From positions 766,104-830,103 of the forward strand of contig OW818671.1 in the NCBI GenBank assembly GCA_942493065.1: a DNA stretch of 64,000 bases, in the 5' to 3' direction. This DNA comes from an uncultured beta proteobacterium (GTDB lineage: Bacteria > Pseudomonadota > Gammaproteobacteria > Burkholderiales > Rhodocyclaceae). The position numbers and the translations under genes were made by a program. A model generated the notes under the pieces. The model was not told the origin of the DNA. It saw only the letters and a program-made list of their open reading frames with translations, and ran no database searches. The stretch's first letter is position 1, and the number at the start of each line of letters is the position of its first letter. This document shows positions 1 to 10,169 of this stretch, in pieces.

Positions 1-1
1 C

Positions 2-244
2 AGTACCTGGAGCAGCCCGAATGCCGGGCCGGTGATGGCGGCAGGCGCCGGCGCGCTAAAAGTCGGCGTTGGCGGGACAGCGATCTATCACGGCGCGATG
101 GAACAGCGTCCGCCGCTCGGCACAGGGGCCGCCCCGCAAGCTGCTGACATCGGCCGCGCAGTAGCGCTGGTCGAGCGTGGTCAGTGGCTGTGGATCGCAT
201 GCTTCGTGATCGGGACCGGGATATGGAGTATGGCCCTTGCTTGA
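2..244 (+). CDS. cbiB: Adenosylcobinamide-phosphate synthase CbiB/CobD family, C-terminal part (5' truncated by window)
   Basis: Frame from nt 2 reads [25 protein letters not shown]...RP.LG, the CbiB C-terminal signature; overlaps next gene. Confidence 0.85.
   Translation, partial: STWSSPNAGPVMAAGAGALKVGVGGTAIYHGAMEQRPPLGTGAAPQAADIGRAVALVERGQWLWIACFVIGTGIWSMALA
58..81 (+). repeat. Dispersed 24-bp motif copy 1 (in cbiB)
   Basis: AAAAGTCGGCGTTGGCGGGACAGC; encodes KVGVGGTA. Confidence 0.85.
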
Positions 245-1178
245 GCACGGCGGCAGACTGCGCGCGGCCGCACAGCGCTACGGCATCCCGCTGGCCGAAT
301 GGCTCGATCTATCCACCGGCATCGCCCCCTGGCCGTATCCCCTGCCCGCGCCGCCGGCCGAAGTCTGGCAACGCCTGCCGGAAGACGATGATGGTCTGCT
401 GGCCGCCGCACACGCCTATTACGGCGCCGCCAATCTCCTCGCGCTGCCCGGCAGCCAGGCGGCCATTCAGTTGCTGCCGCGCCTCCTGCCGCCTGCCCGC
501 GTCGCCATGCCCGTCCCGATCTACAACGAGCATCCGGCCGCATGGCAAGCCGCCGGCCATCAGCTTGTCGCATGGGGGGCTGCGGCCGACTATGCGCTGC
601 TATGCAACCCCAACAACCCGACCAGCGCGCGCTTCACGCGGGATGAATTGCTTGCACAGGCCCGCCGTGTCCGCTGGCTGATCGTCGATGAGGCGTTTAT
701 CGATGCCGACCCCGGTGAATCCATGATCGGCTGTGCGGCCGACAACGTGCTGGTGCTGCGCTCCCTCGGCAAGTTTTTCGGGCTGGCCGGCGCGCGCGTG
801 GGCTTCGTCAGCGCACCGCTGGCCATTCGGTCGGCACTCGCCGCACAGATCGGCCCCTGGGCGCTGGCCCACCCGGCGCGCTGGGCCGCGCAGCAGGCCC
901 TGGTCGATCACGACTGGCAGGCCGCACAGCGCCTGCGCAGCCATGCTGCCGCGCAACGCCTGGCCGAACTGCTGCGCACGACCGGTTTGGGTAACGCCAC
1001 TGGTACGGCCCTGTTTCAATACCTGCCCACCCCGCGTGCCAACGCATACCAGGAAGCGCTGGCCAGACAAGGCATTCTGGTGCGCGCCTTCGATCAACCC
1101 GCAGCGCTGCGCTTTGGCCTGCCGGGCAACGAAACCGCGTGGCAACGACTGGCAGCCGCGCTCAAGGAAATAACATGA
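237..1178 (+). CDS. cobD: L-threonine-O-3-phosphate decarboxylase (CobD/CobC), PLP-dependent
   Basis: MLEHGGRL start, NPNNPT, VDEAF and [16 protein letters not shown] class I/II aminotransferase motifs; cob context. TTG start. Confidence 0.9.
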   Translation: MLEHGGRLRAAAQRYGIPLAEWLDLSTGIAPWPYPLPAPPAEVWQRLPEDDDGLLAAAHAYYGAANLLALPGSQAAIQLLPRLLPPARVAMPVPIYNEHPAAWQAAGHQLVAWGAAADYALLCNPNNPTSARFTRDELLAQARRVRWLIVDEAFIDADPGESMIGCAADNVLVLRSLGKFFGLAGARVGFVSAPLAIRSALAAQIGPWALAHPARWAAQQALVDHDWQAAQRLRSHAAAQRLAELLRTTGLGNATGTALFQYLPTPRANAYQEALARQGILVRAFDQPAALRFGLPGNETAWQRLAAALKEIT

Positions 1179-2053
1179 AACGATTATTGTTGGGCCTGCT
1201 GGGACTGTTGGCCTTGCCGGCCAGCGCCGAGATCGCGGTAAAGGATGATACGGGCCAGATCGTCCGGCTCGCTGCGCCGGCACGCCGCATCGTCAGCCTG
1301 GCACCGCATGTCACCGAAACGCTGTTCGCCGCCGGGGCGGGCGAGCGCATGGTCAGTGCAGTCGAATACAGCGACTACCCCGACGCGGCAAAAAGACTGC
1401 CGCGCGTCGGCGGTTATTCGAAGCTCGATCTCGAAGCCATCGCCACCCTCAAGCCCGACCTCGCCGTCGGCTGGGCCAGTGGCAACAGCCCGGCACATAT
1501 CGAAAAACTGCGCGCGCTCGGCATCCCCGTCTATCTCGTACAACCCGAGCGCATCGACGATGTGGCGGCCAACCTCGAACGCTATGGCGAACTGGCCGGC
1601 ACCGGCACCGTCGCGCGCGTCGCCGCCGCGAATTTCCGCAACCGCCTTGCAGCGTTGCGCAAGAAGTACGGAGCGCAACCGAAAGTGCGCGTCTTCTACC
1701 AGATCTGGAAGCAGCCGCTGACGACCGTCGGGGGCGGGCAAGTCATCACCGATGCGATCCGCCTGTGCGGTGGCGAAAACGTCTTTGCCGACCTCAAACC
1801 GCTCGCGCCAAAAATCAGCATCGAAGCCGTCCTGGCCGCCGACCCGGAAGTCATCATCGCCAGCGGCATGGGCGAGTCGCGCCCCGAGTGGGTAGACGAC
1901 TGGCGCCATTGGGCGAACATCACGGCAGTCAAGCGCGACAACCTCTTCTTCATCCCGCCCGACCTGATCCAGCGCCACACGCCGCGCCTCGCCGAAGGCG
2001 CCGCGCGACTCTGCGAGCAACTCGAAACAGCACGCGGCAGGCGACCTCAATAA
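1175..2053 (+). CDS. btuF: Cobalamin-binding periplasmic protein (BtuF-like)
   Basis: Signal peptide, RIVSLAPHVTE.LFA.GAG, DYP..AK.LP.VGGY; ATG at 1175 overlaps cobD stop (ATGA). Confidence 0.8.
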   Translation: MKRLLLGLLGLLALPASAEIAVKDDTGQIVRLAAPARRIVSLAPHVTETLFAAGAGERMVSAVEYSDYPDAAKRLPRVGGYSKLDLEAIATLKPDLAVGWASGNSPAHIEKLRALGIPVYLVQPERIDDVAANLERYGELAGTGTVARVAAANFRNRLAALRKKYGAQPKVRVFYQIWKQPLTTVGGGQVITDAIRLCGGENVFADLKPLAPKISIEAVLAADPEVIIASGMGESRPEWVDDWRHWANITAVKRDNLFFIPPDLIQRHTPRLAEGAARLCEQLETARGRRPQ

Positions 2054-2147
2054 GCGGGTGCCGTTCCGCCCCAAAGCGGTGGCCGAGACTTATCGTAGAT
2101 AATCGCTCATGCAGCTTTAGTGCATTCCAAGTTTTATAGGGGGCAGT

Positions 2148-2510
2148 ATGAATTTCAGAGTCACCTCGCATGTCACCATCCTGGCATTGACAGTTGCTGG
2201 ATGTAGCAGTGTCAACCTTTGGCCTTTTAGCGACGATAAGGAGCGGACTGCAGGCAGCGCAGAACCGGCAAATGCAACTCGATACCATTGCGATGGCAAT
2301 AAGACTTTCTACGTCCGGCCGATGTATGAGGGTAAATCTGTGTGGCTAATTCTCCCCGACCGGCAGGTGCGGCTCGATCGCACTGATTCTGGCAAGTTCA
2401 GCAACGGCATATCGGTGCTAAGCATAGAGGGCACCAATGCATCGCTGACGGATGGCCCATCAATTACATACGCGAATTGCTCCACACAACCCAAAGCAAC
2501 TGCCAAGTAA
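2148..2510 (+). CDS. Lipoprotein, MliC-like lysozyme-inhibitor family (probable)
   Basis: Lipobox VAGC; ATRYHC...L.R..SG.FSNG...L...G..A pattern with two Cys as in MliC/PliC. Confidence 0.55.
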   Translation: MNFRVTSHVTILALTVAGCSSVNLWPFSDDKERTAGSAEPANATRYHCDGNKTFYVRPMYEGKSVWLILPDRQVRLDRTDSGKFSNGISVLSIEGTNASLTDGPSITYANCSTQPKATAK

Positions 2511-2698
2511 CAGGTCGCGACTGGCCGTTCCCGGCCCACCACAAGCAACCGATTCCATCGACAAACATAATCCACAGTTTTTGTGGATAAGTCTGAGCCC
2601 AAGTTGCTCGTGCAGCGCTACATCAGGGACTTAGGTGCGATGACCTCGGATGGACATCAAGGAAGGTACGTAACTTAACCGAGTGTGCTGGCGGTCAA

Positions 2699-3145
2699 TT
2701 ACTTTGCGGGTTCCCGTTGCTGCATGGAGACGCTGATCGAAATCGTCGATCCGCCCAGTTGCGAGGTTTCAATTTGAACCATGGCAATTCGCTCACCGCG
2801 CTGGAATGACAACAGGCTTGCCTTGGACTGCATGGCACTCATCAGTTTCCAGCCCAGCGATGGCATGCCCTTGAAAAAATGGTTGTAGGTCTGAACCGGG
2901 TTTTCGTCAGACTTGACGACAACGCGGCCAAACCAGCGATCGCCGGAACCGATGATCAGCGAGTTTTCTGCATCCAGTTTCGCGCTGCCAGGCAAGGAGA
3001 TATCCGTAATCTGGAGCGCATTGGATGGGCTTTGCGAAACCTCTTGATGCTGCGCCGATGTCGCTATCGGCTGATTCGTGACACACCCGCCGAGCAGGAT
3101 GTAAAAAGGCAGCCAGGTGAAACATGATGGTCTGATCATTTTCAT
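2699..3145 (-). CDS. Hypothetical lipoprotein
   Basis: 148-aa ORF with lipobox LGGC after a hydrophobic N-terminus. Confidence 0.65.
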   Translation of the reverse strand: MKMIRPSCFTWLPFYILLGGCVTNQPIATSAQHQEVSQSPSNALQITDISLPGSAKLDAENSLIIGSGDRWFGRVVVKSDENPVQTYNHFFKGMPSLGWKLMSAMQSKASLLSFQRGERIAMVQIETSQLGGSTISISVSMQQREPAK

Positions 3146-3265
3146 CGTTCAATTATGCGGTGGGTTGTCTGAATGCGAAGTGGCGGTGCCTGTTGAATCT
3201 TACCTGTTTAAGCGGATGCCATCATCCCGGCACCGGCATTTCAGCAGGCGGTGCATGCGCAAGCC

Positions 3266-3937
3266 TCAGTAGCTTGGTGCCGTCCCGCCAGCGCCGACTT
3301 TCCAGCGTTCATCGAACAGCACGTCTTCAAGCGGCAGGCGTTGGCCCCAGCCGGCATCTTCGAACATCGGCCTCGGATAGAAGGCCGGCACCTTGCCGAT
3401 GCAGAGGATGGCGAGCGGGCGGGCGCCGGCCGGCATCTCCAGCAGGTCGGCCAGCGCCTGCGGCTCGAAGAACGACACCCAGCCGATGCCGACGCCTTCG
3501 GCGCGTGCCAGCAGCCACATGTTCTGAATCGCGCAACCGACCGAGGCGATGTCCATCTCGGGCAGCGTGCGCCGGCCGATGAGGTGGCGTTCGCGCTCGG
3601 GCATCAGCGCGACGACCAGCAGTTCGGCGCAATCGCGGATGCCTTCGATCTTCACCTGCATGAATTCTTCGTTGCGACTGGGCAGCGCGGCGGCAGTGGC
3701 AAGGCGTTCCTGCTCGACAAGGGCATGGATGCGTGTGCGCCGCTCGGAGTCGCGCACGCGGATGAAGCGCCAGGGCTGCATGTAGCCAACCGAGGGGGCC
3801 AGATGCGCGGCTTCGACCAGACGTTCGATCAGACCTTCCGGCAGCGGGTCGGGCAGGAAGTGGCGCATGTCGCGGCGCTCGCGGATCGTGCGGTCGACAG
3901 CGGCAATTTCGGCGTCGGAATAACGGTGATCGCTCAT
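3266..3937 (-). CDS. bluB: 5,6-dimethylbenzimidazole synthase BluB
   Basis: RERRDMRHF, AAHLAPSVGYMQPWRFI, EGVGIGWVS nitroreductase-like BluB motifs; ATG at 3937 overlaps cobB stop. Confidence 0.92.
   Translation of the reverse strand: MSDHRYSDAEIAAVDRTIRERRDMRHFLPDPLPEGLIERLVEAAHLAPSVGYMQPWRFIRVRDSERRTRIHALVEQERLATAAALPSRNEEFMQVKIEGIRDCAELLVVALMPERERHLIGRRTLPEMDIASVGCAIQNMWLLARAEGVGIGWVSFFEPQALADLLEMPAGARPLAILCIGKVPAFYPRPMFEDAGWGQRLPLEDVLFDERWKVGAGGTAPSY
3279..3302 (-). repeat. Dispersed 24-bp motif copy 2 (bluB 3' end)
   Basis: + strand GCCGTCCCGCCAGCGCCGACTTTC; encodes KVGAGGTA. Confidence 0.9.
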
Positions 3938-5202
3938 GGTAGGAATAACCTTGCGGTGGCGGCCGGGTTCGAGGGAAAGTAGAAGTGCATGTAGCTCGCG
4001 GTGAGGCGGCCGCTGCGATAAATCGCCTCGCCGCCCTTGCCCGCCGTCTTGACGGCCTGTGCAATGGGTGCAAGCGTCGTGTTGGCCGTCGAGTAGTGGA
4101 AGGTGTGGCCGGCGAGGCTGCCCTCGGGCAGGTCGACCGACAGGATGCCGAGGCCAGCGAGCTTCGTTTGCATGCGCACTTGACCGGGCAGGAGGCCGAA
4201 CATCGGGTGGGCATCTAGGCTGTCGAAGCAGGTCATCATGCCGCCGCATTCGGCGAGCAGCGGCTTGCCAGCGGCGACATGGGCGGCAAGGGCGACGCGC
4301 ATCGCGCTGTTGGCGGCGATGGCCGGGCCGTGCAGTTCGGGATAGCCGCCGGGCAGCCAGACGGCGTCGCACGCCGGCAGCACGGCGTCGGCCAGCGGCG
4401 AGAAGAAGGCGAGCCGCGCACCGAGTTGCGCCAGGCATTCGAGATTGGCGGGATACAAAAAGCAGAAGGCCGCATCGCGCGCGACGGCGATGGTCTTGCC
4501 GGCGAGCAGCGGCGCAAATGTCGGCGCTGGCAGGACGGCGAATTCCACGGGCGGGGGCAGTTCGGCGGCAGCCGTGGCGCTGAGCAGGTCGGCCATGCGC
4601 TCGATGCGCGCGTCGAGGTCGGCGATCTCGGCGGCAGGCAAGAGGCCCAGATGGCGCTCGGGCAACGCGGCGTCGACATCGCGCGGCAAGGCGCCGGCCC
4701 AGGCGATGTCCTCAGGCAGCGTTTCGCGGCACAGCTCGGCGTGGTAATCGCTGCCGACGCGGTTGGCGAGCGCATGCGTGATCGGCGCACCATCGCGGTA
4801 ATGCTTCAGTCCCCATGCCACGGCGCCGAAACTGCCGGCCATCGCACTGGCGTCGATGACCAGCAATACCGGCAAGCCCAACCGACGCGCGAGTTCGGCC
4901 GAGTCCGGTGCGCCGTCGTTCAGGCCCATCACGCCCTCGACGAGGAGCAGCTCGGCATCCTGCGCGGCGCGCGCGAGCCGCCAGCGCGCGTCTTCCTCGC
5001 CACCCATGCGGAAGTCGATGTTCTCGCAGGGCTGGCCACTGGCGAGTACGTGAATCTGCGGATCGAGAAAATCCGGCCCGCACTTGAAGACGCGCACCTT
5101 GCGGCCCAGCCGCGTGTGCAGGCGCGTCAGCGCAGCGACCACGGTGGTCTTGCCGTGGCCGGAGGCCGGGGCGGCGACGAGGAGTGCGGGGGTGGCTACC
5201 AT
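3934..5202 (-). CDS. cobB: Cobyrinate a,c-diamide synthase
   Basis: P-loop ASGHGKTT, FKCGPDFLDP, LVEGVMGL, glutaminase GGYPELH and AECGG. Confidence 0.93.
   Translation of the reverse strand: MVATPALLVAAPASGHGKTTVVAALTRLHTRLGRKVRVFKCGPDFLDPQIHVLASGQPCENIDFRMGGEEDARWRLARAAQDAELLLVEGVMGLNDGAPDSAELARRLGLPVLLVIDASAMAGSFGAVAWGLKHYRDGAPITHALANRVGSDYHAELCRETLPEDIAWAGALPRDVDAALPERHLGLLPAAEIADLDARIERMADLLSATAAAELPPPVEFAVLPAPTFAPLLAGKTIAVARDAAFCFLYPANLECLAQLGARLAFFSPLADAVLPACDAVWLPGGYPELHGPAIAANSAMRVALAAHVAAGKPLLAECGGMMTCFDSLDAHPMFGLLPGQVRMQTKLAGLGILSVDLPEGSLAGHTFHYSTANTTLAPIAQAVKTAGKGGEAIYRSGRLTASYMHFYFPSNPAATARLFLP
4516..4539 (+). repeat. Dispersed 24-bp motif copy 3 (in cobB)
   Basis: AAATGTCGGCGCTGGCAGGACGGC; coding strand encodes AVLPAPTF. 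Confidence 0.9.
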
Positions 5203-5795
5203 TCGATCCCCGGCATCGCCTGCACGCCAGCCTGGAAAGCGTGCTTGACCAGCGTCATGTCGGTTACGGTATCGGCGGCCTCAACCAGTTCGGCCGGCGC
5301 GGCGCGCCCGGTAACGATCAGGTGCTGCATCGGCGGGCGGGCTGCGAAGGCGGCGAGCACTTCGGCCGTGTCGAGCCAGCGGTATTTGAGCGCATAAGTG
5401 AATTCGTCGAGAATGACAAGGTCGACGGCGGGATCGGCAAAAGCCTGTTGTGCCACGGCCCATGCCGCCTGTGCAGCAGCAGCATCCTTGGTGGCGTCCT
5501 GCGTCTCCCAGGTAAAACCCTCGCCCATCACATGCCAGCGCAGGTTTGGCTGTGCGCGGAAAAAAGCCTCTTCCCCGGTATCCGAACGGCTTTTGACGAA
5601 CTGGATCACGACCGCATTCAGGCCATGGCCCAACGCGCGCGCCAACACGCCGAAAGCGGCGGATGATTTGCCCTTGCCATTGCCGGTGTGGATCAGGAAG
5701 AGGCCGCGTGCCGTCTGCGCAGCGCCGACTTTTGCGTCGACCACTTCCTTCTTGCGTTGCATGCGCGCGCGATGGCGCTCATCCTTGGGTGTCAT
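5196..5795 (-). CDS. cobO: Cob(I)alamin adenosyltransferase CobO/BtuR
   Basis: HTGNGKGKSSAAFG, VIQFVKS, GEGFTW, LVILDEF, TGR.AP, KHAFQAG...GIEW. Confidence 0.95.
   Translation of the reverse strand: MTPKDERHRARMQRKKEVVDAKVGAAQTARGLFLIHTGNGKGKSSAAFGVLARALGHGLNAVVIQFVKSRSDTGEEAFFRAQPNLRWHVMGEGFTWETQDATKDAAAAQAAWAVAQQAFADPAVDLVILDEFTYALKYRWLDTAEVLAAFAARPPMQHLIVTGRAAPAELVEAADTVTDMTLVKHAFQAGVQAMPGIEW
5710..5733 (-). repeat. Dispersed 24-bp motif copy 4 (in cobO)
   Basis: + strand GCCGTCTGCGCAGCGCCGACTTTT; encodes KVGAAQTA. Confidence 0.85.
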
Positions 5796-6592
5796 GAATC
5801 GAGGTCCTTCATGGTCTGCTGCAGTTGTTCCAGACCCTTGAGCATCACAGGGCCGGGATGGGTGAATAAGGGGCCGTCGAGCGGCAGGATGGGAATGCCC
5901 GGCATGACGATGGCTACATTGCACATCTCGTCGCGACGATTTTTCAGCGCCAGGATGTAATCCGGCTTGCGCTCCTTTATCCAGGCAGCAACATCGCCAC
6001 CGGGTTTGCCGGGATGGAAGTTGCGGATGCTGTCGTGGTCGGCGACAACCTCGAAACCGGCGGCGGCCAGCAGTTCGTGCAGGGTGGTACCGCGGCCGAA
6101 GGAGTAGGGTGCCTCGCCGCAGGCAGAGAGCATCAGCACACGCCGCCCCTTGCCACCGACTCGTTGTGCCGCCGCCCGCCAGTCGGTGGCGAAGCGCTCC
6201 ACGCGGACGTCAATGTCCTTCACGCCGGCGGCACGGCCAATGTCGCGCAGCATGCCTTCCACGCCGACCATGCCGCGAAAGCCATCGACACGCAACGCTT
6301 TGGCGCCGGATGGGGCGGCAGCCTGCCAGACCTCGGCGTTGGTCCAACTTGAGGTGATCATCAGTTGCGGGTCAAGCAGGGCAATGGCATCGGCATCGGG
6401 ATCGATGACGCCACCGGTACGCGGTAGTTCACGCGGATCGTAGCGGCTGACGCCGACAATACAGTCGGCAAGGCCCAGCCAATCGAGCGCCTGCGTGATA
6501 TAGGGCGACTGACTGACGATGCGCGGGCAATCGGCGGCCCGTGCGCTGCCGGCAAGGAGAAGGAATGCAATCAGGAAGAAACGAAAATTCAT
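5792..6592 (-). CDS. ABC transporter substrate-binding protein, helical-backbone (BtuF-like)
   Basis: Signal peptide, RIVSQSPYITQ.L..LGL..CIVGVSRYD; in operon with permease and ATPase. Confidence 0.75.
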   Translation of the reverse strand: MNFRFFLIAFLLLAGSARAADCPRIVSQSPYITQALDWLGLADCIVGVSRYDPRELPRTGGVIDPDADAIALLDPQLMITSSWTNAEVWQAAAPSGAKALRVDGFRGMVGVEGMLRDIGRAAGVKDIDVRVERFATDWRAAAQRVGGKGRRVLMLSACGEAPYSFGRGTTLHELLAAAGFEVVADHDSIRNFHPGKPGGDVAAWIKERKPDYILALKNRRDEMCNVAIVMPGIPILPLDGPLFTHPGPVMLKGLEQLQQTMKDLDS

Positions 6593-6594
6593 AT

Positions 6595-7353
6595 TTACTC
6601 CGGAACAAAGAAATTCTCGACACGACGCAGCGGGTAGCCGTAGAGGTCGGACAGCGTCGCGGCATCGAGAATGTCCGCCGCCGGTCCGGCACGGTGCCGG
6701 CTGTCGCCATAGAGCAGTACGACCTGATCGCAGTAGCGCAAGGCCAGATTGGGGTCGTGCAGCACCATGGCAAATGCGCTGCCTTCGTCGCGAACGCGCT
6801 GCGACAACAGCTCAAGGGTGGCGATCTGGTGGTTGAGGTCGAGGTGCGCCAGCGGCTCATCGAGCAGATACAGGCGCGGTTCCTGCGCAAGTAGCGCGGC
6901 AATCGCCACACGCTGGCGTTCGCCCCCCGAAAGCGTGTGAATTTCGCGCGATTCCATACCTGCCAAACCCATTGCTGCCAGGGCGCGTCGCGCGATCTCC
7001 GTATCCGCATTCGATTCCCACGACCAGCGGTCGAGATGGGGATGGCGACCGGTCAGCGCCGCTTCCAGCACGGTGCTGGCGAACGGATCACTGCGATCCT
7101 GCCCAAGCCAGCCGCGCAGCTTCGCCGCATGGCGCAGCCCATGTTCGACATAGGATTTGCCGGCAAGCAACAGCGTGCCGGCATCGGCCGCCCGCAGGCC
7201 GGCGAGGGTGGCCAGCAGTGTCGACTTGCCCGCACCGTTGCGTCCGAGGATCGCCAGGCGCTTGCCCGGCGCAAGGTCGAGATCGAGATCAAGGCAGACC
7301 TTGTGCAGACCGATGCTGGCAGACAGTCCGCGCGTTGCAAGCATCGCACTCAC
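6595..7353 (-). CDS. ABC transporter ATP-binding protein (BtuD/FepC-like)
   Basis: Walker A GRNGAGKS, LSGGERQRV signature, LLDEP, H-loop VLHD. Confidence 0.9.
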   Translation of the reverse strand: MSAMLATRGLSASIGLHKVCLDLDLDLAPGKRLAILGRNGAGKSTLLATLAGLRAADAGTLLLAGKSYVEHGLRHAAKLRGWLGQDRSDPFASTVLEAALTGRHPHLDRWSWESNADTEIARRALAAMGLAGMESREIHTLSGGERQRVAIAALLAQEPRLYLLDEPLAHLDLNHQIATLELLSQRVRDEGSAFAMVLHDPNLALRYCDQVVLLYGDSRHRAGPAADILDAATLSDLYGYPLRRVENFFVPE

Positions 7354-8324
7354 GTCCTGCGCCCCAGCAGGTAGAGGAACACCGGTACGCCGATCAGCGC
7401 CGTCAGCACGCCGACCGGCAACTGAATCGGCGCAACAATCGTGCGCGCCAGCGTATCCGCCAACACCAGCAGGCTGCCGCCGGCCAGCACGGAAGCAGGG
7501 AGCAGCAAGCGCTGATCGTTACCAATGACGAGACGCACCAAATGCGGCACCACCAGGCCCACAAAGCCGATCGATCCGGCGGTGGTGACCGCGACGGCCG
7601 TCATCAGCGAGGCGATGACATAGACCAGGCGACGCAAGCGGGACACGGCCACGCCGAGCGCAGCAGCCTGCTCGGCACCCCGCGCAAGCAGGTTGAGTTC
7701 GCGCGCAACAGGCAGGATAGCCAGGATGCCCACCAACAGTACCGTCAGCGCTGTCCTTGGATCGGCGACCAGGGACAGATCGCCCATCAGCCAGAACAAC
7801 ATGCCGTGGATCTTCTGCTCGGGCGCCAGTGTCAGCATCAAGGCGATGACGGCACCACAACCGGCGGCAACGACCACACCGGTGAGTAGCAAGCGCGTCT
7901 GCGTCCAGCTGCCATCACCGTGGGCGAGACCAAACACGAGCACCATCGCCGCCAGGGCGCCGCCGAAAGACAGCCCCGCGATACCAAAGCCGGCAAGCCC
8001 CAGCAGCATGGCGGATAGCGCGCCGACACCGGCACCGCCGGAGATGCCGAGCACATAGGGATCGGCCAATGGGTTTCTCAGCAACACCTGCATCAGCGCT
8101 CCCGCCAGTGCCAGCAGGCCGCCACAGGCGAAGCCGGCCAGAGCGCGCGGCAAGCGCAAGTCGAGGACAATGGCACCGCTCGGCGTCGCTGCGCCAGTCA
8201 ATGCGGCCACGACGTCATGCAATGGCAATGCGATGCTGCCCACCGCGAGCGCCACGGCAAGACTCGCCACGCTCAGGCAAGCGAGTAGGGCGAGAACCAG
8301 TAAGGCGCGACGGCGGGTGGGCAT
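7350..8324 (-). CDS. FecCD/BtuC-family ABC permease
   Basis: LRLPRAL, LLRNPLADPYVLGIS.GA, GSIGFVGLVVPH, LPVGVLTALIGVP. Confidence 0.92.
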   Translation of the reverse strand: MPTRRRALLVLALLACLSVASLAVALAVGSIALPLHDVVAALTGAATPSGAIVLDLRLPRALAGFACGGLLALAGALMQVLLRNPLADPYVLGISGGAGVGALSAMLLGLAGFGIAGLSFGGALAAMVLVFGLAHGDGSWTQTRLLLTGVVVAAGCGAVIALMLTLAPEQKIHGMLFWLMGDLSLVADPRTALTVLLVGILAILPVARELNLLARGAEQAAALGVAVSRLRRLVYVIASLMTAVAVTTAGSIGFVGLVVPHLVRLVIGNDQRLLLPASVLAGGSLLVLADTLARTIVAPIQLPVGVLTALIGVPVFLYLLGRRT

Positions 8325-8327
8325 GCG

Positions 8328-10169
8328 CTATTTTGGCTGATAGCGCAGGCCAAGGAACAGATTGGCGCCAGGGGTTCCGAAATCGGCCGCCAATTCATAG
8401 CGCTTGTTAAACAGGTTGTTGATCCGCCCGAATAGCGACCAATCCTTCGCTATTGCGTAGCTGCCATGAAAGTTGGTCAGGGTATAACCACCGAGCCGCA
8501 CGGTATTACCGTTATCGTCATAACGGGCACCGACTACCTGCCATTCACCGCGCCACTCCCATGCACCAACGGATTTGCCCAGCGAGAGGTTCAGGCGTTC
8601 ATTCGCCCGACGTGCCAAGCGCTTGCCGGTTGAAGCATCTTTTGCGTCCAGTAGATCGAGATTACCTCCAACATCATAGCCGCCGAGATAACCAGCATAG
8701 GCCAGTGTCAGGCCCTCAATCCGCGCCCGGCCGACATTCACTGGCGACGTTAGCCCGGACCAGGAAATCAGGTTCTTTACATCGTTACGGTACCAGGTAG
8801 CCGAAACCTGGCCGATGGCGGACTTGTGATGCAATGCAAATTCGCGGTTACGCGCAGATTCCGGCTGAAGATTGGGATTGCCGACGTAGCCAAAATTAAG
8901 CGGGTAATACAGATCGTTGAAGGTCGGCGCACGAAACGCCGTACCGAAATTCATGCTGGCACGCCATGCCGGAGTAAATTGGTAGCCGTATGCCAAAGAG
9001 CCGGTATTGCGGCCGCCAAACTGGGAATTGTCATCTCGGCGCAGGTTGGCCTGGAATCGATGGGCATCATGTTCCGTTGTCCAGCCGGCCAGCCAGGAGC
9101 GAATAGTCCTCCCCTTCAGCGTATAGGCGGCAGTACCACTGATTGTCTGCTGCAAATCTTCCCATCCCAGTAACAATGTGCCCACGGGCAGGCGCACATC
9201 GTTCATCCAGGATGTCTGATTCTGTTCTGTGCGGGTGCTACTGCTGACTGCCCCATTGGTGTAGTTTGTCGAGTCATCCGTCGTCAAGCCGTAACGCAGT
9301 GTGCTCGACCAGCGATCCGTAATCGCATTCTTCAGGTAGCCGGCATAACTTTGCACGATCAGTGCATTCTCATAATCCTTGGCACCAGCCGCAACGGTCG
9401 TTCCGCTATCGTACTTATTGGTGCCATCGCTATGAAAGAGCGTTATCCCGATCTCGTGACCTTTCGTCGGTGCATAGGCAACATTCGCCGTCGCACTCTC
9501 CTGGTGAAAGCCATCTCGGTCCGGGTTAAACCCCTTGTTTGCGGGGTTGCGGATATTGCTGAAGCCGGCAGTCCTGATGCTGCCACCGCTTAGGCTGACA
9601 CGCCATCCATCCTTACCGCCCGTCAAACCGGCATTTGCACTGTACATATCATCACTGCCAACGCCGGCTTCGGCATGGAACCGCATACCGTCCTCACCTC
9701 GTCGGGTGAAAATCTGGACGACGCCACCAATCGCATCGGAGCCGTAAAGCGCAGACGCCGGGCCGCGCAGAATTTCGATACGTTCGATTTGAGAAAGCGG
9801 AATACGCGACCAGGAAAGCGCGCCCAAAGTTGCAGAACCAACACGCTGACCATCAATCAACACCAGCGCATGCCCACTTTCTGTTCCGCGAATGTAGAGG
9901 CTCGAACTGGCGCCCGCACTACCATTTGCCGCATATTCAACACCCGGTTGCCGCGCCAGCAACTGTTCCAGCGTGGACTGTCCGGCGAGCTCGATTTCCT
10001 CTCGATACAACACACTCACATCGGAAAGCAATTTGTCACTTCGTGTCGGAATGCGTGTGGCGGTGACGACGACGGCCGCTTCATCAACTGCAGCAGTTGT
10101 GGCAAAGACAGGTTGAAAAACAATGGAAAGTGCAACGGCGATCACCGTGCGTGAGTGGCGGATAAACAT
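8328..10169 (-). CDS. btuB: TonB-dependent cobalamin receptor BtuB
   Basis: TonB box VVVTATR, plug IERIEILRGPAS.LYGSDAIGGV, C-terminal aromatic end; downstream of B12 riboswitch; ATG at 10169 with GGGAGA RBS. Confidence 0.9.
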   Translation of the reverse strand: MFIRHSRTVIAVALSIVFQPVFATTAAVDEAAVVVTATRIPTRSDKLLSDVSVLYREEIELAGQSTLEQLLARQPGVEYAANGSAGASSSLYIRGTESGHALVLIDGQRVGSATLGALSWSRIPLSQIERIEILRGPASALYGSDAIGGVVQIFTRRGEDGMRFHAEAGVGSDDMYSANAGLTGGKDGWRVSLSGGSIRTAGFSNIRNPANKGFNPDRDGFHQESATANVAYAPTKGHEIGITLFHSDGTNKYDSGTTVAAGAKDYENALIVQSYAGYLKNAITDRWSSTLRYGLTTDDSTNYTNGAVSSSTRTEQNQTSWMNDVRLPVGTLLLGWEDLQQTISGTAAYTLKGRTIRSWLAGWTTEHDAHRFQANLRRDDNSQFGGRNTGSLAYGYQFTPAWRASMNFGTAFRAPTFNDLYYPLNFGYVGNPNLQPESARNREFALHHKSAIGQVSATWYRNDVKNLISWSGLTSPVNVGRARIEGLTLAYAGYLGGYDVGGNLDLLDAKDASTGKRLARRANERLNLSLGKSVGAWEWRGEWQVVGARYDDNGNTVRLGGYTLTNFHGSYAIAKDWSLFGRINNLFNKRYELAADFGTPGANLFLGLRYQPK

